A DNA stretch of 64,000 nt. Origin: Magallana gigas (lineage: Eukaryota). The notes beneath the pieces are model-generated. The model made no database searches. It worked only from the letters and a program-made list of their open reading frames with translations, and was not told where the DNA came from. The DNA is taken from the NCBI RefSeq assembly GCF_963853765.1, contig NC_088858.1:1488001-1552000 (forward strand). Direction: 5' to 3'. Positions 63,283-64,000 of the stretch are shown here, piece by piece. The translations under genes were made by a program, and so were the position numbers. The stretch's first letter is position 1, and the number at the start of each line of letters is the position of its first letter.

Positions 63283-64000
63283 TCAGTGTTTATAACTAGT
63301 TTCACAGGTAATAAGATCGACCATCATGATGGGAGCCGAGGCCCATTTCTCGGGGTATATTCGGATTGCCTTGGCTGTTACCGGGACGTCCAGTCTAAAC
63401 ACCGATGGAGCATGCGCATTTCCTTTTTCTCTGGTGCCAACATCAAATACCTGTCAATTGATAAAAAAGTATATGAATAGAAATGTTTTTAAAAATTAAC
63501 CTTGTGTACCTGGTGCTGTATTATGGCGCAAACGCATTACAATAATGATGATTAATGAAGATGCTAAGAAATTTGTCACTTGTTAATCACTTGTTAATCA
63601 GCCAGTCGCCAGTGTTTAATATCATTACAGATTAAAAGTATTTATTATTTTATACAGTATCAAACAGGCAAGTATACATACTGCAATAAAGGTAAAAAAA
63701 AATGTAAAAATAAACAAAAATTCCGACCTATCGACCGTACTTTTTTCAGCATGACATCGGAATCAAACCATTATTATTTTAGGCCTTAGGAGTCTGTGTG
63801 TGTGTTGTCTTACCCGTGGCTGATTCAGTCTATCCACATAACCCTGCCACGGCTCCGAGTCCTTCCTCTTGTGGTAGAGAGAGAACCTGGTCACGGCACC
63901 CCACTGGAGCTGGGAGCTGCTTCCCGCCACTTTTAGCCCAAACACGTTTGTGATTTTTCGGAACTCTATTTCTAGATAGTATTTCTGGTTCCTGAACTTT
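63283..64000 (-). CDS. 3' end of a gene with a C-terminal F5/8 type C (discoidin) domain; 5' part outside the window
   Basis: Exon 64000-63814 (KFRNQKYYLEIEFRKITNVFGLKVAGSSSQLQWGAVTRFSLYHKRKDSEPWQGYVDRLNQPR, donor GTAAGA) joined in phase 0 to exon 63450-63283 (VFDVGTREKGNAHAPSVFRLDVPVTAKAIRIYPEKWASAPIMMVDLITCETSYKH*). The VF..P...IRI.P..W...L..C pattern fits FA58C. Confidence 0.8.

Overview
AT-rich, intron-rich eukaryotic DNA, most likely a Crassostrea/Magallana oyster. That species call is inferred from the Helentron/HINE-type repeats with a 166-bp unit and from gene style. Five spliced genes can be rebuilt by hand from GT-AG boundaries with continuous reading frame: RSL24D1 (+, 5 exons, 163 aa), MUS81 (-, 19 exons, 751 aa), BBS1 (+, 15 exons, 593 aa, head-to-head with MUS81), a TWiK-like K2P potassium channel (-, 2 coding exons, 405 aa), and the 3' end of an F5/8-C (discoidin) domain gene (-, cut by the window edge). 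The rest is MITEs, Helentron-associated elements, a foldback element, satellites and microsatellites. The first 12 kb has no gene I can support. Two observations stand out. (1) Several intronic tandem repeats in BBS1 and MUS81 are copies of the neighbouring splice junction itself. They stack decoy GT or AG sites, and the functional site is always the one nearest the exon; two intergenic arrays have the same make-up and may mark unannotated exons. (2) BBS1 has two homologous, diverged, intact alternative last exons. All coordinates were read by eye and no database search was run.
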